This document shows positions 21,345 to 31,613 of a stretch of DNA of 64,000 nucleotides, in pieces; position 1 is the stretch's first letter; each line of letters begins with the position of its first letter. Both the position numbers and the translations under genes were made by a program. The DNA is from Alphaproteobacteria bacterium. GTDB taxonomy: Bacteria > Pseudomonadota > Alphaproteobacteria > M2410. Where the stretch lies: contig SBGZ01000085.1 of assembly GCA_006226415.1 (NCBI GenBank), forward strand, positions 23,645 through 87,644, given 5' to 3'. The notes under the pieces are model-generated. The model was not told the DNA's origin. It did not search any database and was given only the letters and a program-made list of their open reading frames with translations.

Positions 21345-24143
21345 ATGTCCAATCCCCGCCTCCGCAGCCAGCGTCCGGACAAGGACCAGACCAGCCGTCT
21401 GACCGCCGTCCTCGGACCCACCAATACCGGCAAGACCCATCTGGCGGTTGAGCGCATGATGGGCCATGCCTCCGGCATGATCGGTCTGCCCCTGAGGCTG
21501 CTGGCCCGTGAGATCTATGATCGGATCAAAAAGGAAAAGGGTGCGCGCGAAGTCGCCCTCATCACCGGCGAAGAAAAGATCCTGCCCGCAAATGCCCGCT
21601 ATTTTGTCTGCACCGTGGAGGCCATGCCGCTGGAGCGTCAGGTGAGCTTTCTCGCCATCGACGAAATTCAGCTCTGCGCCGATCCCGAACGCGGCCATGT
21701 TTTCACAGATCGGCTTTTGCATGCCCGCGGTGAATTTGAAACCATGTTTTTGGGATCAGAAACCATGCGTCCGCGCTTAAACGCGCTTTTCGACGACATT
21801 GCGTTTCTCGAACGTCCCCGTTTTTCGCACCTGACCTATGCCGGATCCAAAAAGATTTCGCGGCTGCCCAGACGCTCAGCCGTCGTCGGGTTTTCAACCG
21901 ACAATGTCTATTCCATCGCCGAACTCATTCGCCGCCAGCGCGGCGGGGCAGCGGTCGTCATGGGCGCCCTGTCACCGCGCACCCGCAACGCTCAGGTCGA
22001 ACTCTATCAATCCGGCGAAGTTGACTTCATGGTCGCCACCGATGCAATCGGCATGGGGCTCAACATGGACGTGGATCACGTCGCCCTGGCCGGTCTTGAG
22101 AAATTTGACGGCCGCGTTTTTAGGTCTCTTCGGGCCTCTGAGCTGGCCCAGATTGCTGGCCGCGCAGGGCGCTATCTGCGCGACGGCACCTTTGGCACCA
22201 CCGGCGACGCGCCGCTTCTGGATGACGAGATCATCGACAAGATTGAAAATCATATGTTTGAGCCGGTGCGCGCCCTCCAGTGGCGCAACCGGGTGCTTAA
22301 TTTCGCGACCATTGAAAGCCTCATCCAGAGCCTCGAGACAGCGCCAACGCTCAAAGGGCTGACCCGCGCCCGCGACGCCGATGACTTGAAGGCCCTGCGC
22401 AGTCTCTCGCTCAATCCCGATATTCGCGGCCAGGCCGGGGGGCCAGCTGCCATCCGCACCCTCTGGGACGTTTGTCAGGTGCCCGATTTTCGCAAGACCA
22501 TGCACGACGAGCACTCCCGCCTGCTCGGCCAGATATTCACCCACCTCATGGGCCACCACGGGGTGATCGATGAAGACTGGATCGCCGCCCAAATTGACCG
22601 TCTGGACAAAACCGAGGGCGACATTGACACCCTCTCAACCCGTATTGCCCATGTGCGTACCTGGACCTTCGTCTCAAATCGGCGCGGATGGCTGGGTGAT
22701 GCTATATATTGGCAGGAGCGCACGCGTGCGATAGAAGACAAGCTCTCAGACGCGCTTCACGAACGTTTGACCCAAAGATTTATTGACCGCCGCACCTCTA
22801 TTTTGATGCGGCGCCTAAAAGATGAGGACATTTTGACAACTGAGATTTCAGCAAACGGCGACGTCACCGTGGAAGGGGAATATGTGGGCCGCCTGGCAGG
22901 GTTCCGCTTCCAGATGGACCCCCGTGTCACCTCATCAAGTGCCCTTGAGGGAAAGGCGCTGAGAGCCGCAGCCACCAAGGCACTGGAGCCAGAAATCAAC
23001 CTGCGGGCAATGCGCCTGGCAAGCGCCGAAGATGGTGCCATTGAGCTTAAGAACGATGGAACACTCTGGTGGGAAGAAGCCCAGATTGCCCGCCTGACCG
23101 CCGGCAATGACGCCACCCGCCCGACCGTGGAGCTGATCAGCGACGCCCTTATGCCCGCCGCAACCCGCAGCCAACTCACTGATCGTCTGTCGGCCTGGCT
23201 AAAGGTTCACACCGAAACGATCCTCTCCGCGCTCTTTGACCTTGAAACCGCGGTCAATGCACGCCCGGAAGGCGAGGCGCCGCTCTCAGGCCTGGCACGC
23301 GGCATTGGCTTTCAGCTTTTTGAAGGATTGGGGTTTTTGAACCGCGCCAATGTTCAAGAGGATATTCGCGCCCTGGATCAAACCGCGCGCAGTCAATTGC
23401 GCAAACTCGGTGTCCGGTTTGGTGAGTTTTCAGTTTTCATGCCGGCCCTGCTTAAACCGGCTCCCGCCAAATTGCTGGTGGTCTTGCAGCATGTTTTCGC
23501 CGGCAAACAGGAAGATGGCCATTTTTGCGAGCCCATGCCCGCCGGCCTCACCTCACAGCCCGCAGAAGCTACAAAGCCCCACAGCTATTACAATGCTGCC
23601 GGCTTTCGCCGATGCGGCAAGCGTGCGGTACGCATTGACATGCTGGAACGCCTCGCGCTTTTGATCCGTGAGCAAAAGGATGCGCAAAGCAGCGCCTGGA
23701 AAAAAGCCGAAGGAACCAACAAGCCTTTCTTCACTTTTCCTTACTTCCAGGACAAAGTCCGCCCTTATTGGCCGCGCGGCGCATTTGAGATAACTCCAGA
23801 TATGATGTCCCTGGTGGGATGCTCGGGCGAAGAGTTCGAGGAAATTCTGCGCGCCCTCAAATACCGTCCCATGACCCTAAGGGTCAAAGATGGCGAAGAT
23901 CTGAAGCTGTGGCGTCTCCCACCGCCCACGGCGCCGGGCCGCAAAGCCCCCCACGGGGAAAAGCGTACGCCCAAGGGCAAAAGCGGCGCACAGGACCGCA
24001 AGGCTGATAAACCCAAGCGCCAAAGCAAGGGGCCAAAGTCAAATACGCGTCCTCAAAAGCACACAGCGCAGCCGCGCAAAAAACCACCACAAAAAGTGGA
24101 CCCGGATTCGCCCTTCGCGGTTCTTCAAAACCTTAAAAAGTAA
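21345..24143 (+). CDS. SF2 helicase, SUV3/MgpS-like
   Basis: LGPTNTGKT, IDEIQ, ATDAIGMGLN, QIAGRAGR; C-terminal DPDSPFAVL. Confidence 0.92.
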   Translation: MSNPRLRSQRPDKDQTSRLTAVLGPTNTGKTHLAVERMMGHASGMIGLPLRLLAREIYDRIKKEKGAREVALITGEEKILPANARYFVCTVEAMPLERQVSFLAIDEIQLCADPERGHVFTDRLLHARGEFETMFLGSETMRPRLNALFDDIAFLERPRFSHLTYAGSKKISRLPRRSAVVGFSTDNVYSIAELIRRQRGGAAVVMGALSPRTRNAQVELYQSGEVDFMVATDAIGMGLNMDVDHVALAGLEKFDGRVFRSLRASELAQIAGRAGRYLRDGTFGTTGDAPLLDDEIIDKIENHMFEPVRALQWRNRVLNFATIESLIQSLETAPTLKGLTRARDADDLKALRSLSLNPDIRGQAGGPAAIRTLWDVCQVPDFRKTMHDEHSRLLGQIFTHLMGHHGVIDEDWIAAQIDRLDKTEGDIDTLSTRIAHVRTWTFVSNRRGWLGDAIYWQERTRAIEDKLSDALHERLTQRFIDRRTSILMRRLKDEDILTTEISANGDVTVEGEYVGRLAGFRFQMDPRVTSSSALEGKALRAAATKALEPEINLRAMRLASAEDGAIELKNDGTLWWEEAQIARLTAGNDATRPTVELISDALMPAATRSQLTDRLSAWLKVHTETILSALFDLETAVNARPEGEAPLSGLARGIGFQLFEGLGFLNRANVQEDIRALDQTARSQLRKLGVRFGEFSVFMPALLKPAPAKLLVVLQHVFAGKQEDGHFCEPMPAGLTSQPAEATKPHSYYNAAGFRRCGKRAVRIDMLERLALLIREQKDAQSSAWKKAEGTNKPFFTFPYFQDKVRPYWPRGAFEITPDMMSLVGCSGEEFEEILRALKYRPMTLRVKDGEDLKLWRLPPPTAPGRKAPHGEKRTPKGKSGAQDRKADKPKRQSKGPKSNTRPQKHTAQPRKKPPQKVDPDSPFAVLQNLKK

Positions 24144-24553
24144 TGCCCGTCCAGGATACCCCTCTCGAGCAGCGCATCGACAAATGGCTTTGGTACGTGC
24201 GCCTTTTCAAGAGCCGTTCCCTGGCGGCAAAATTTGTCGAGACCGGAAAGCTGAGGCTATCGCGGGGGCCACGCCGGGATAAACTCTCTAAGCCAAGTCA
24301 GACAATTATCGTCGGCGACATCCTCACCTTTACCCTGCACGAAAGGGTTCGAGTGATCGAGGTCATCTCGACCGGACAGCGCCGCGGCCCCGCCAGTGAA
24401 GCACAAACGCTCTACAAAGATCTCTCGCCGCCCCCGCCGCCGAAAGACCCGCAGACAAATTCCAAAACACCATCGCGCGCACCTGGTGAGGGCAGACCTA
24501 CAAAGAAAGATCGCCGCGCCCTTGACCGCCTGAAACATTCGGGCGAAGGATAG
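24143..24553 (+). CDS. hslR: RNA-binding S4 domain protein (Hsp15-like)
   Basis: RIDKWLWYVR.FKSRSLA, RRGPA.EAQ.LY, GRPTKKDRR. Confidence 0.9.
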   Translation: MPVQDTPLEQRIDKWLWYVRLFKSRSLAAKFVETGKLRLSRGPRRDKLSKPSQTIIVGDILTFTLHERVRVIEVISTGQRRGPASEAQTLYKDLSPPPPPKDPQTNSKTPSRAPGEGRPTKKDRRALDRLKHSGEG

Positions 24554-24585
24554 GTTTCAGATTTTACCTCAAGTGAGCTTTTACG

Positions 24586-25050
24586 ATGTTTAACAAGCTT
24601 CTCGCACTCTTCGGCGCCAGCAACGAAACGGCAGCAGAAGGGACAAAGAACCACCCCCATCATTTGGCCGTGGCCTCATTGCTGATTGAAGCCGCCAGCT
24701 TGGATGGTTCGATAGCGGAAGACGAAATGGCGACGATCTCGCGCCTGCTTTCCGAAAAGTTTGAATTTGACGTCGCCGCGACCGAGGACCTGATGCGCCA
24801 GGCGGCCGACAACCACGCCGATGCTGTTGAGATCTTCAGCTTCACGCGCACCATCAAGGACAAGTTTGATGCAGACGAACGCATCGAAATGATCGAAATG
24901 CTGTGGGAGGTCGTTTATGCCGACGAGGTGCTCCACGACTATGAGGCCAACCTCTTGCGGCGCGTTGGCGGCCTCCTTCATGTGCCCGACCGACAGGTCG
25001 GCGAAGCAAAAAAACGTGTTCGGGCAAGACTTGGTATTGACGCACGGTGA
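24586..25050 (+). CDS. TerB family protein
   Basis: LLIEAA..DG....E, LW.V.YAD....YE..L.RR. Confidence 0.85.
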   Translation: MFNKLLALFGASNETAAEGTKNHPHHLAVASLLIEAASLDGSIAEDEMATISRLLSEKFEFDVAATEDLMRQAADNHADAVEIFSFTRTIKDKFDADERIEMIEMLWEVVYADEVLHDYEANLLRRVGGLLHVPDRQVGEAKKRVRARLGIDAR

Positions 25051-25122
25051 TGCCCGAGCATTATACCTCATGAGTCAAACGATAAGGGGCCCCGCAAGGC
25101 CCCAAATAACTGGGAGTACCAG

Positions 25123-25461
25123 ATGACCTATGTTGTTGTAGACGCATGCATTAAATGCAAGTTCATGGACTGTGTAGAGGTTTGTCCGGTGGACTGCTTC
25201 TATGAAGGCGAAAACATGCTCGTCATCCATCCGGATGAATGCATCGATTGCGGCGTCTGCGAACCGGAATGCCCCGTTGAAGCGATCCGCCCTGATACCG
25301 AAGATAACCTGGAGAACTGGCTGGAAATCAACCAGAAGTATTCTTTGGAGTGGCCCAATATTACCGTGAAGGGTGAGCCACCCGCAGATAACAAGGATTT
25401 CGAAGAAGAAACCGGCAAATTCGAAAAATACTTCAGCCCCAATCCGGGCGCCGGCAGCTAA
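25123..25461 (+). CDS. fdxA: 7Fe ferredoxin
   Basis: [16 protein letters not shown] and [12 protein letters not shown]. Confidence 0.96.
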   Translation: MTYVVVDACIKCKFMDCVEVCPVDCFYEGENMLVIHPDECIDCGVCEPECPVEAIRPDTEDNLENWLEINQKYSLEWPNITVKGEPPADNKDFEEETGKFEKYFSPNPGAGS

Positions 25462-25537
25462 TCTTATTGCAGAGCAACATTGGAATTGTTGCAATTTTGT
25501 GCTATGGTTAGCTCAACCTGTTAGGGCAAATATAAGG

Positions 25538-25575
25538 GACGCCGCGGCAAGCAAATCGCTTGCGGCGTCTTTTTT
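25538..25575 (+). terminator. Intrinsic terminator in the fdxA-carD intergenic region
   Basis: GACGCCGC..GCGGCGTC stem followed by T6. Confidence 0.7.
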
Positions 25576-25773
25576 AGCGGATTATCCGCTAAAAACCCCC
25601 GAAATTTGCCGGTCGCCCATGACCAGAGACCCGAAAAAGAGGGACCTGGGCGCAATGTGGCACCGGAATTGGCAGCCCTGCCCTAACGTTTGACAGAGTA
25701 AGACGCTTTTAAAACCGGCCCAGGAGGGCGGGCGAAGCGTTTTAGCGCTTGAGAATGAGGAAGATAGCCAAAT

Positions 25774-26328
25774 ATGACTAAAAAAGCCGCCGCCAAGAAA
25801 AAGCTCGATTTCAAAAACAACGACTACGTGGTTTACCCCGCCCACGGTGTTGGCCAGATCGTTGAAGTCGAAGAGCAAGAAGTTGCGGGCATGAAAATCG
25901 AACTCTTTGTCATCAATTTTGAAAAAGAGAAGATGACCCTGCGGGTTCCCACCGCCAAAGCCAAAAACATCGGCATGCGCGCCCTGTCTTCCAAAGACAC
26001 GGTCTCAAGTGCGCTGACGACGCTTAAAGGCAAGGCACGCATCAAGCGCACCATGTGGAGCCGCCGCGCACAGGAATATGAAGCCAAGATCAATTCTGGC
26101 GATCTGATTTCCATCGCCGAGGTTGTGCGTGACCTTTACCGGGGAACCGGTCAGCCCGAACAGAGCTATTCCGAGCGTCAACTTTATGAAGCTGCGCTGG
26201 ACCGCATGGCCCGCGAAGTCGCCGCCGTTGAAAAGGTCGGCGAAGACGCAGCCATCAAAAAGGTCGAAACCGCCCTGTTTAAGCCCTCCGCCAATGATGA
26301 CGCGGTGCCCGCAGTGGCAACTGCTTAA
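25774..26328 (+). CDS. carD: CarD family transcription factor
   Basis: VVYPAHGVG, MWSRRAQEYEAKINSG, SYSERQLYE. Confidence 0.95.
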   Translation: MTKKAAAKKKLDFKNNDYVVYPAHGVGQIVEVEEQEVAGMKIELFVINFEKEKMTLRVPTAKAKNIGMRALSSKDTVSSALTTLKGKARIKRTMWSRRAQEYEAKINSGDLISIAEVVRDLYRGTGQPEQSYSERQLYEAALDRMAREVAAVEKVGEDAAIKKVETALFKPSANDDAVPAVATA

Positions 26329-26352
26329 ATATTTGCAGGCAATCAATTCAGC

Positions 26353-26382
26353 AAAAAGGCCTCTCGCACGAGAGGCCTTTTT
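26353..26382. terminator. Bidirectional intrinsic terminator (carD / M48 peptidase)
   Basis: AAAAAGGCCTCTCG-CA-CGAGAGGCCTTTTT. Confidence 0.9.
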
Positions 26383-26394
26383 CATGTCTGAGGG

Positions 26395-27861
26395 TCAGCC
26401 TTCCACCACCAACTTGACCCGCTGACCGGCTTTAAGGCCATCTGCGGCACCCATGCCGTTGAGCACACGAAAGCGCTCTTCCCGGAAATCATCAAAGGCC
26501 ATGCGGCGGGCGAGCGACGACACCGTATCGCCGCGCTGCACTGTCACTACCTTGATTCTCAAAGGCTTCAGACTGGCCGCCTCAGAGGCAGAGAGCCGTC
26601 TGAAACTGCCCTGCAGGCTGTCGAGCGCGCCCGCAACATTGCGTGCTTGAGAGGCCGGAGACAGGATCAGCATCCGGTAAACTTCCGTCGCGGAGACCTG
26701 ATAAGCAACCAGCCGTACATCCAAAGCGCCTTGCGATGTTGAAGCGCGCGTGCGGCCCACTGCCATGGGGACCCCTTGCGAGGAGCCGTTCTGAATGTTT
26801 TCAACGGTCACTTTCAGAGAGGGACCCCAAACCTGAGAAATATAACCACTGAGCGACTGGCCCTGACGGTAGTCCCCCGCGCCGTCGAATTGGAACCGAA
26901 CCTCTCCCGGTCCCTGACCCACCACGGCGCTTGGGCCATTCATCAATTGGTAGCCTCGCGGCGCCTCAAAAGCGATCCTCATTTGGCTGTGTAAAAACTT
27001 GGTTCCCCGCACAAAGCCCTGCGCCGGGTCATCGCCGTAAAGCATGCCATCGATGGCATTTAAGAAAGCATCGCGCCGGGACGGCAGCTCGCCCCGGGTG
27101 AGGCCAGTGTTGCCGGCCATCTGATAGACGCGGGCGGAGCGATTGCCAGAGTTCGGGTGCGTTGAAAAGAAATCCACACTGTTGGGGTTGTAATCCTGCC
27201 CGGCAATCTGCGCGCCGAGCGCTTGCTGCGCGCCCATGGACGCCAGAAAATCGCCCATCGCATAAGGGTCATATCCGGCCGCGCGCATATACCGTACGCC
27301 AAAGGCATCTGATTGGCTCTCCTGGTCACGCGAATAGGAAAGCAGGTAGAGCTGACTGCCCTGCTGGACCATTTGCGCCAGATCAGAGTTTCCTGTTGCC
27401 GCGCCCAGCACCATCGCGCCCACGCCTGCCAGAACCTGCTGATTGTAGCGCTTGGCGGTATGGTTGCCTGTCACGTGACCGATTTCATGACCAATCACCC
27501 CGGCCAGCTCAGCTTCAGAGTTGGCGAGCGAAAGGATCCCCCGCGTCACATAGACATAGCCCCCCGGCAGAGCGAAGGCGTTGACGACCGGTGAATCCAG
27601 CAAGGTGAAGGTATATTGCGCCTTAATCTCCTCCGTGGCATTGGCCTGCGCGGCCAAAGTGCCCCCGACCTGCGCCACATACCCGTCGAGCCCTTTTTCT
27701 GAATAAGTCCCGCCATAGGACTTCAAAATTTTGGGATGCTCCTGCGCGCCCAATTGAGCGGCCTGTTCGGTTGACATGCACCCGCTCAAAACAATGCCGA
27801 GCCATCCGGCAAGTGCCGTTGCTTTTACCCGTTGTCTCATCTGCTTGCTGAGTATTGTCAT
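26395..27861 (-). CDS. M48 metallopeptidase lipoprotein with C-terminal LysM-like domain
   Basis: LSGC lipobox, NAFALPGG, HEIGH, STHP, VQRGDT. Confidence 0.92.
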   Translation of the reverse strand: MTILSKQMRQRVKATALAGWLGIVLSGCMSTEQAAQLGAQEHPKILKSYGGTYSEKGLDGYVAQVGGTLAAQANATEEIKAQYTFTLLDSPVVNAFALPGGYVYVTRGILSLANSEAELAGVIGHEIGHVTGNHTAKRYNQQVLAGVGAMVLGAATGNSDLAQMVQQGSQLYLLSYSRDQESQSDAFGVRYMRAAGYDPYAMGDFLASMGAQQALGAQIAGQDYNPNSVDFFSTHPNSGNRSARVYQMAGNTGLTRGELPSRRDAFLNAIDGMLYGDDPAQGFVRGTKFLHSQMRIAFEAPRGYQLMNGPSAVVGQGPGEVRFQFDGAGDYRQGQSLSGYISQVWGPSLKVTVENIQNGSSQGVPMAVGRTRASTSQGALDVRLVAYQVSATEVYRMLILSPASQARNVAGALDSLQGSFRRLSASEAASLKPLRIKVVTVQRGDTVSSLARRMAFDDFREERFRVLNGMGAADGLKAGQRVKLVVEG

Positions 27862-27909
27862 CTTTAAAGGTCCTCTCTTGCCACTACGCAATATTGAGTA
27901 CGCCATCCG

Positions 27910-28755
27910 TCAGTGCACAAACTCAATCTGCTCCGGATGCGTCAGCTCCATCATAGGCCCATTGCGATAATCAAGCCAACCACGCAGCCGGATCTCCTTG
28001 TGGGCCAGGCGCATGGGATCCAGGCCCTCTTTCTCAAATCGCTTGATGTTTCGTTTCGCGATGTGGGCTGAAAAATCCGTCCGCCAGTCCTCCCCAAAAT
28101 CGAGATAGATCCCATCAGAGCGCACAGCTGCGCGCTGCACCTCGCCTTCCACCAATTGAAAGCTGTTGATCTCTTTCTTCAGATTAAGACTATCGCGAAT
28201 GCGGTAAAAATTATGCCCCCAAATACCTCGCTTGGCGCCACGCGCTTCACCCTCGACCTTTAGCAACTCAGGCACACAGACCCGATTGTCACGAAATGTA
28301 TAAACCCGGGCCATGCCGTCGAGCAGCAAGGCTTCGGCCAGCCACACACCTTCCGTCTTTTGCAATTCATTTTCGAGGATCAAAAGATGCGCGAGAACCC
28401 GGCCATGGCGATCTTCTCGCGATCCGCCCCACAAAAGCCTGACGTGCCGACCGACCGTCAGTTTTTCCAAGTGTCGTTTGGCTTCCTTGCTGAGCGGCCA
28501 GGCCTTAAACCCGGGACGCCCCAAAGGAAGCTTGGGGGCTTGCAGACCGACAAGCCGCACTTCGCGTCCGTCATCCAGGACCAGCGTATCCCCATCAATC
28601 ACCCGGCTGACCGTTTCAACCGGCCCCGCTTTTAGCCCGCAGCCGCGCAGCTCCGCCAGAGTTCGTTTCGGGGGATCGAAATCGTCTGAAATGGGCTGGG
28701 CTCCATTTAACAAATCAAACAAGCCCAAGATTATCACAAGCGCGCTCACCATCAT
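27910..28755 (-). CDS. Thermonuclease (SNase) family protein
   Basis: VIDGDT, VRLVG..AP, DRHGR.LA, RGIW, plus a C-terminal OB-like domain. Confidence 0.9.
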   Translation of the reverse strand: MMVSALVIILGLFDLLNGAQPISDDFDPPKRTLAELRGCGLKAGPVETVSRVIDGDTLVLDDGREVRLVGLQAPKLPLGRPGFKAWPLSKEAKRHLEKLTVGRHVRLLWGGSREDRHGRVLAHLLILENELQKTEGVWLAEALLLDGMARVYTFRDNRVCVPELLKVEGEARGAKRGIWGHNFYRIRDSLNLKKEINSFQLVEGEVQRAAVRSDGIYLDFGEDWRTDFSAHIAKRNIKRFEKEGLDPMRLAHKEIRLRGWLDYRNGPMMELTHPEQIEFVH

Positions 28756-28796
28756 GGCGATATTTTAGTGCCTTGCGTGCATTTTGCGAAGCCAAC

Positions 28797-28829
28797 AAAA
28801 AGGCCTGCCGAAAACTCAGCAGGCCTTTT
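28797..28829 (-). terminator. Intrinsic terminator after the cytochrome c gene
   Basis: AAAAAGGCCTGC..GCAGGCCTTTT. Confidence 0.85.
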
Positions 28830-28857
28830 CGCATTTCTATCTGGAAAGCTGCCTGGC

Positions 28858-29271
28858 TTAGTCAGCAGAGGCCGCAGTCTCTTCTTTCAAATAAGCCATC
28901 AAATCGGCCATTTGTTTGTCGCTTTTGATGCCGGCAAAGGTCATTTTGGTGCCCGCGACGGTGCCGCGCGGATCTTTCAGGTAGGGCGGCAGGGTGTCAT
29001 CCCCCCAAACGACGCCGTAGTCCGTCATCGCCTTGGAAAACTTAAATCCCTCAAGCGTGCCAGAGGTCCGGCCCCACAATCCATGCAAATTCGGCCCAAT
29101 CTTATTGGCGCCGCCTTCTTCGACCGTGTGGCAAGTCTTGCACTTGTTAAAGACTTTTTCGCCTTTCTCCGCATCGCCAACATAAGCTTCTTCGTCGGCA
29201 AGCGCGGCGCCGCCTAGAACGCCTACGGTTAAAGCGGCGGCAGCCAGAATTTTCATAGATTTTACAAACAC
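28858..29271 (-). CDS. Cytochrome c2 (class I c-type)
   Basis: Signal peptide, CKTCH, GPNL.G, GTKM.F.G; AGGAG RBS before GTG. Confidence 0.95.
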   Translation of the reverse strand: MFVKSMKILAAAALTVGVLGGAALADEEAYVGDAEKGEKVFNKCKTCHTVEEGGANKIGPNLHGLWGRTSGTLEGFKFSKAMTDYGVVWGDDTLPPYLKDPRGTVAGTKMTFAGIKSDKQMADLMAYLKEETAASAD

Positions 29272-29388
29272 GGATTATTCTCCTGATCAGTTTTCATTTG
29301 TGCCCCAGTCAGGCGGGACTATACCCAATCGCGAGCCACTCGCAAATTGTCCAGAGTCAATTCTTTGGAATTTTCCCCAAATATAGAT

Positions 29389-29403
29389 GCGGCAAAGAGT
29401 CGC
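29389..29403. promoter_or_regulatory. RegA/PrrA/RegR-type binding site upstream of cytochrome c2
   Basis: GCGGC-AAAGA-GTCGC matches GCGGC-N5-GTCGC. Confidence 0.55.
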
Positions 29404-29406
29404 CTT

Positions 29407-30456
29407 TTAGGGGCCCTTCACCTCATCTGAGCCTTGGGGCAGCTCGAACAGCATACCATCACGGGCCAAGACCACACCATTTGTGCGGATATTTTTAACG
29501 CCGCGCAGATAAATCCGCTCCATCACAGGGTTCGCGATGGGCGGGACAATATGGCTGAGGACAAGAAGCTTAACCCCCATGCCATTGGCCATCTCAGCGG
29601 CCTCGACCGGCGAAGTGTGATAGTCCAGCGTATCCGCCAACATATCGGACAGCCGTTCATTGCCATTGACGCGAAGTTGGTCTGCAATCTTTTGCACCAG
29701 CTCCCGCGACAAGGCCTCATGCACCAACACATCGGCGCCCGCGCCTATCTGCATCAGGTGGTCGCTTGGCACCGTGTCACCGCTCACCACCACTGAGCGC
29801 CCGGCAAAATCAAACCGATATCCATAGGCAGGTCGGATCGGGTCATGATTGACTTCAATGGGCGTCACCAAAACACTGCCGAGCTCAAAAGAAGCCTCAT
29901 CAATTTCCTGCGCCGCCATTTGCAGCGATCCCGGCGCCATATGATCCGCCCCGTGATGGGCAATCCGGTAACCTTCATCAAGGTGGTAGGCGAGCGCAAA
30001 GCCGGTCGCCACATCCTCAACCCCTTTTGGCCCATAGACCGGAAGAGGCCCCTTGCGCCCCGCCGCCCAGGACTGCATGGCTATTTCGCCAAGATCGCCA
30101 ATATGGTCCGAGTGATAATGGGTAAAAAGCACGCCTTTAAGGCGTGACAGATCAAGACCGGAGGACTGCAAGACCTTCGCCGAACCGGGCCCAATATCGA
30201 CAAGGTAAAGATCACCGCCCGCGATGATCGCTGTGCAGGCACTGGCCCTGGCCGGATCAGGCATCGGCGAACCCGCCCCGCAAATAAAGACGTACAAGGA
30301 CCCCTCATTGATCGGGACAGCAAGGCTTGCCATCCGCGCCGCGAGCCCTCGCTCAAATAGCTTGTCCTGAAGCCCTGCCGATGTGCGCAGAGCAACAAGA
30401 CCGCCGACAGCAATCACCACAACCAATCCAACAAATCCAAGGATGATCTTTCGCAT
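29407..30456 (-). CDS. MBL-fold metallo-hydrolase (RNase Z/AtsA arylsulfatase-like), N-terminal anchor
   Basis: THYHSDH, SGDT, LVHEA, YHT, LSH. Confidence 0.88.
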   Translation of the reverse strand: MRKIILGFVGLVVVIAVGGLVALRTSAGLQDKLFERGLAARMASLAVPINEGSLYVFICGAGSPMPDPARASACTAIIAGGDLYLVDIGPGSAKVLQSSGLDLSRLKGVLFTHYHSDHIGDLGEIAMQSWAAGRKGPLPVYGPKGVEDVATGFALAYHLDEGYRIAHHGADHMAPGSLQMAAQEIDEASFELGSVLVTPIEVNHDPIRPAYGYRFDFAGRSVVVSGDTVPSDHLMQIGAGADVLVHEALSRELVQKIADQLRVNGNERLSDMLADTLDYHTSPVEAAEMANGMGVKLLVLSHIVPPIANPVMERIYLRGVKNIRTNGVVLARDGMLFELPQGSDEVKGP

Positions 30457-30465
30457 GGCCCTCTC

Positions 30466-31602
30466 CTAACTGAAATATTCCGCGCCCTTGTCCCGCACCA
30501 TCTTGTGCTTGAGACCCCGCTCAAAAAGGCCGCGGGCGCCGACTTTTTCAAGCAGCGCGGCGACATCTGCTTTCTGCGCGACAGCGAGCTCCTGATAATA
30601 GAACATGGAGCGCTGCAGCATGTAATAGGAAAAATGGCGAATGGCTTGATGGACCTGCACGCCGCGATAGGGCACCACATGGCGCCCAAGCCCGTTCTTA
30701 CCCTCCGGCAGGACAGGCGATCCAGGCCCCATGCCATCTTGCGAGGCCCGGGCGTTAACAGCGTCAACGAGCATTTCCAGTTCCGGGAAATAATCACCAA
30801 CAAACAATTCGATCACTGGCAAGAGGGTATCAGGGATTTCATCATCGGCGACAAGCTCCGGCTCGAGATCCCAAAACTCGGCAAAACCGTCGTCTGACGC
30901 ATTCATGCGCTCCACCCAGCGATAAACAAACGGCGCCCGCTTTTTCATCAGAGCAGACGGATAAACATCCCGCGCTAAATGGGCATACATCGGCCCCACC
31001 ATGCCGTAATCCGCCAGACAGGGCCGACCGCCAAGAAGATAGGGGTGAAACCGGAAGTGCTCGTTAAGAAGATCAAGCAAGGTTTCATAAGAAGCCTCAA
31101 TTTCCGGGATAGTCTCCTCGGTAATGCCCAGCACGGGTAAATAGCCCGCCATTTTGTCCGCCACGGGCCTTGCCATTTCACTGGCCTCATCCATCGGCAG
31201 TTGCGGCAGGAAGATCCGGCCAAACTCGCGGAAGATGAAAGGGAAATTGTCGTCCGGGAAGTTCCACCGATAATGCATCGCCGGCTTCAGCATGCATTCA
31301 TCCCCGAAGAGTTCAAAAAGAAGAGCTACCAGGCGCTGCTTGGGTGTTGTCGGATAGGCAGGCTTTTCCGCAAAGCGTGCCTCAAGAAAATCGATGATAT
31401 CCGTCGTATCCTGCACCACCGTCCCATCCGGCGCTTCCAGAATAGGGATCTTGCCCTGCCCGGAAATCTTCACCACCTCGCGATATCGCGGATGCCCGGA
31501 AGAACGCTCCACAAAGGGAATACCTTTTTTGCGCAAATAGGACCGAGCCTTGGCAGTGTAGTAAGACGGCTCCGCGCCGTAGAGAATATAGGGTTCAGTC
31601 AC
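30466..31602 (-). CDS. Long glutathione S-transferase family protein
   Basis: SYYTAKARSYL, KIPIL..PDG...QDTT, YLLGGRP..ADY; GTG start after AGGAG. Confidence 0.85.
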   Translation of the reverse strand: MTEPYILYGAEPSYYTAKARSYLRKKGIPFVERSSGHPRYREVVKISGQGKIPILEAPDGTVVQDTTDIIDFLEARFAEKPAYPTTPKQRLVALLFELFGDECMLKPAMHYRWNFPDDNFPFIFREFGRIFLPQLPMDEASEMARPVADKMAGYLPVLGITEETIPEIEASYETLLDLLNEHFRFHPYLLGGRPCLADYGMVGPMYAHLARDVYPSALMKKRAPFVYRWVERMNASDDGFAEFWDLEPELVADDEIPDTLLPVIELFVGDYFPELEMLVDAVNARASQDGMGPGSPVLPEGKNGLGRHVVPYRGVQVHQAIRHFSYYMLQRSMFYYQELAVAQKADVAALLEKVGARGLFERGLKHKMVRDKGAEYFS

Positions 31603-31613
31603 GCCGCTCACTC

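Noticed and set aside
24586-25050. TerB as part of a tellurite or anti-phage ter cluster
   Set aside because: It is a single gene within a housekeeping helicase-hslR-fdxA run, with no other ter genes.
25501-25530. tRNA D-arm-like sequence TAGCTCAACCTGTTAGGGCA
   Set aside because: No anticodon arm, T arm or acceptor pairing follows.
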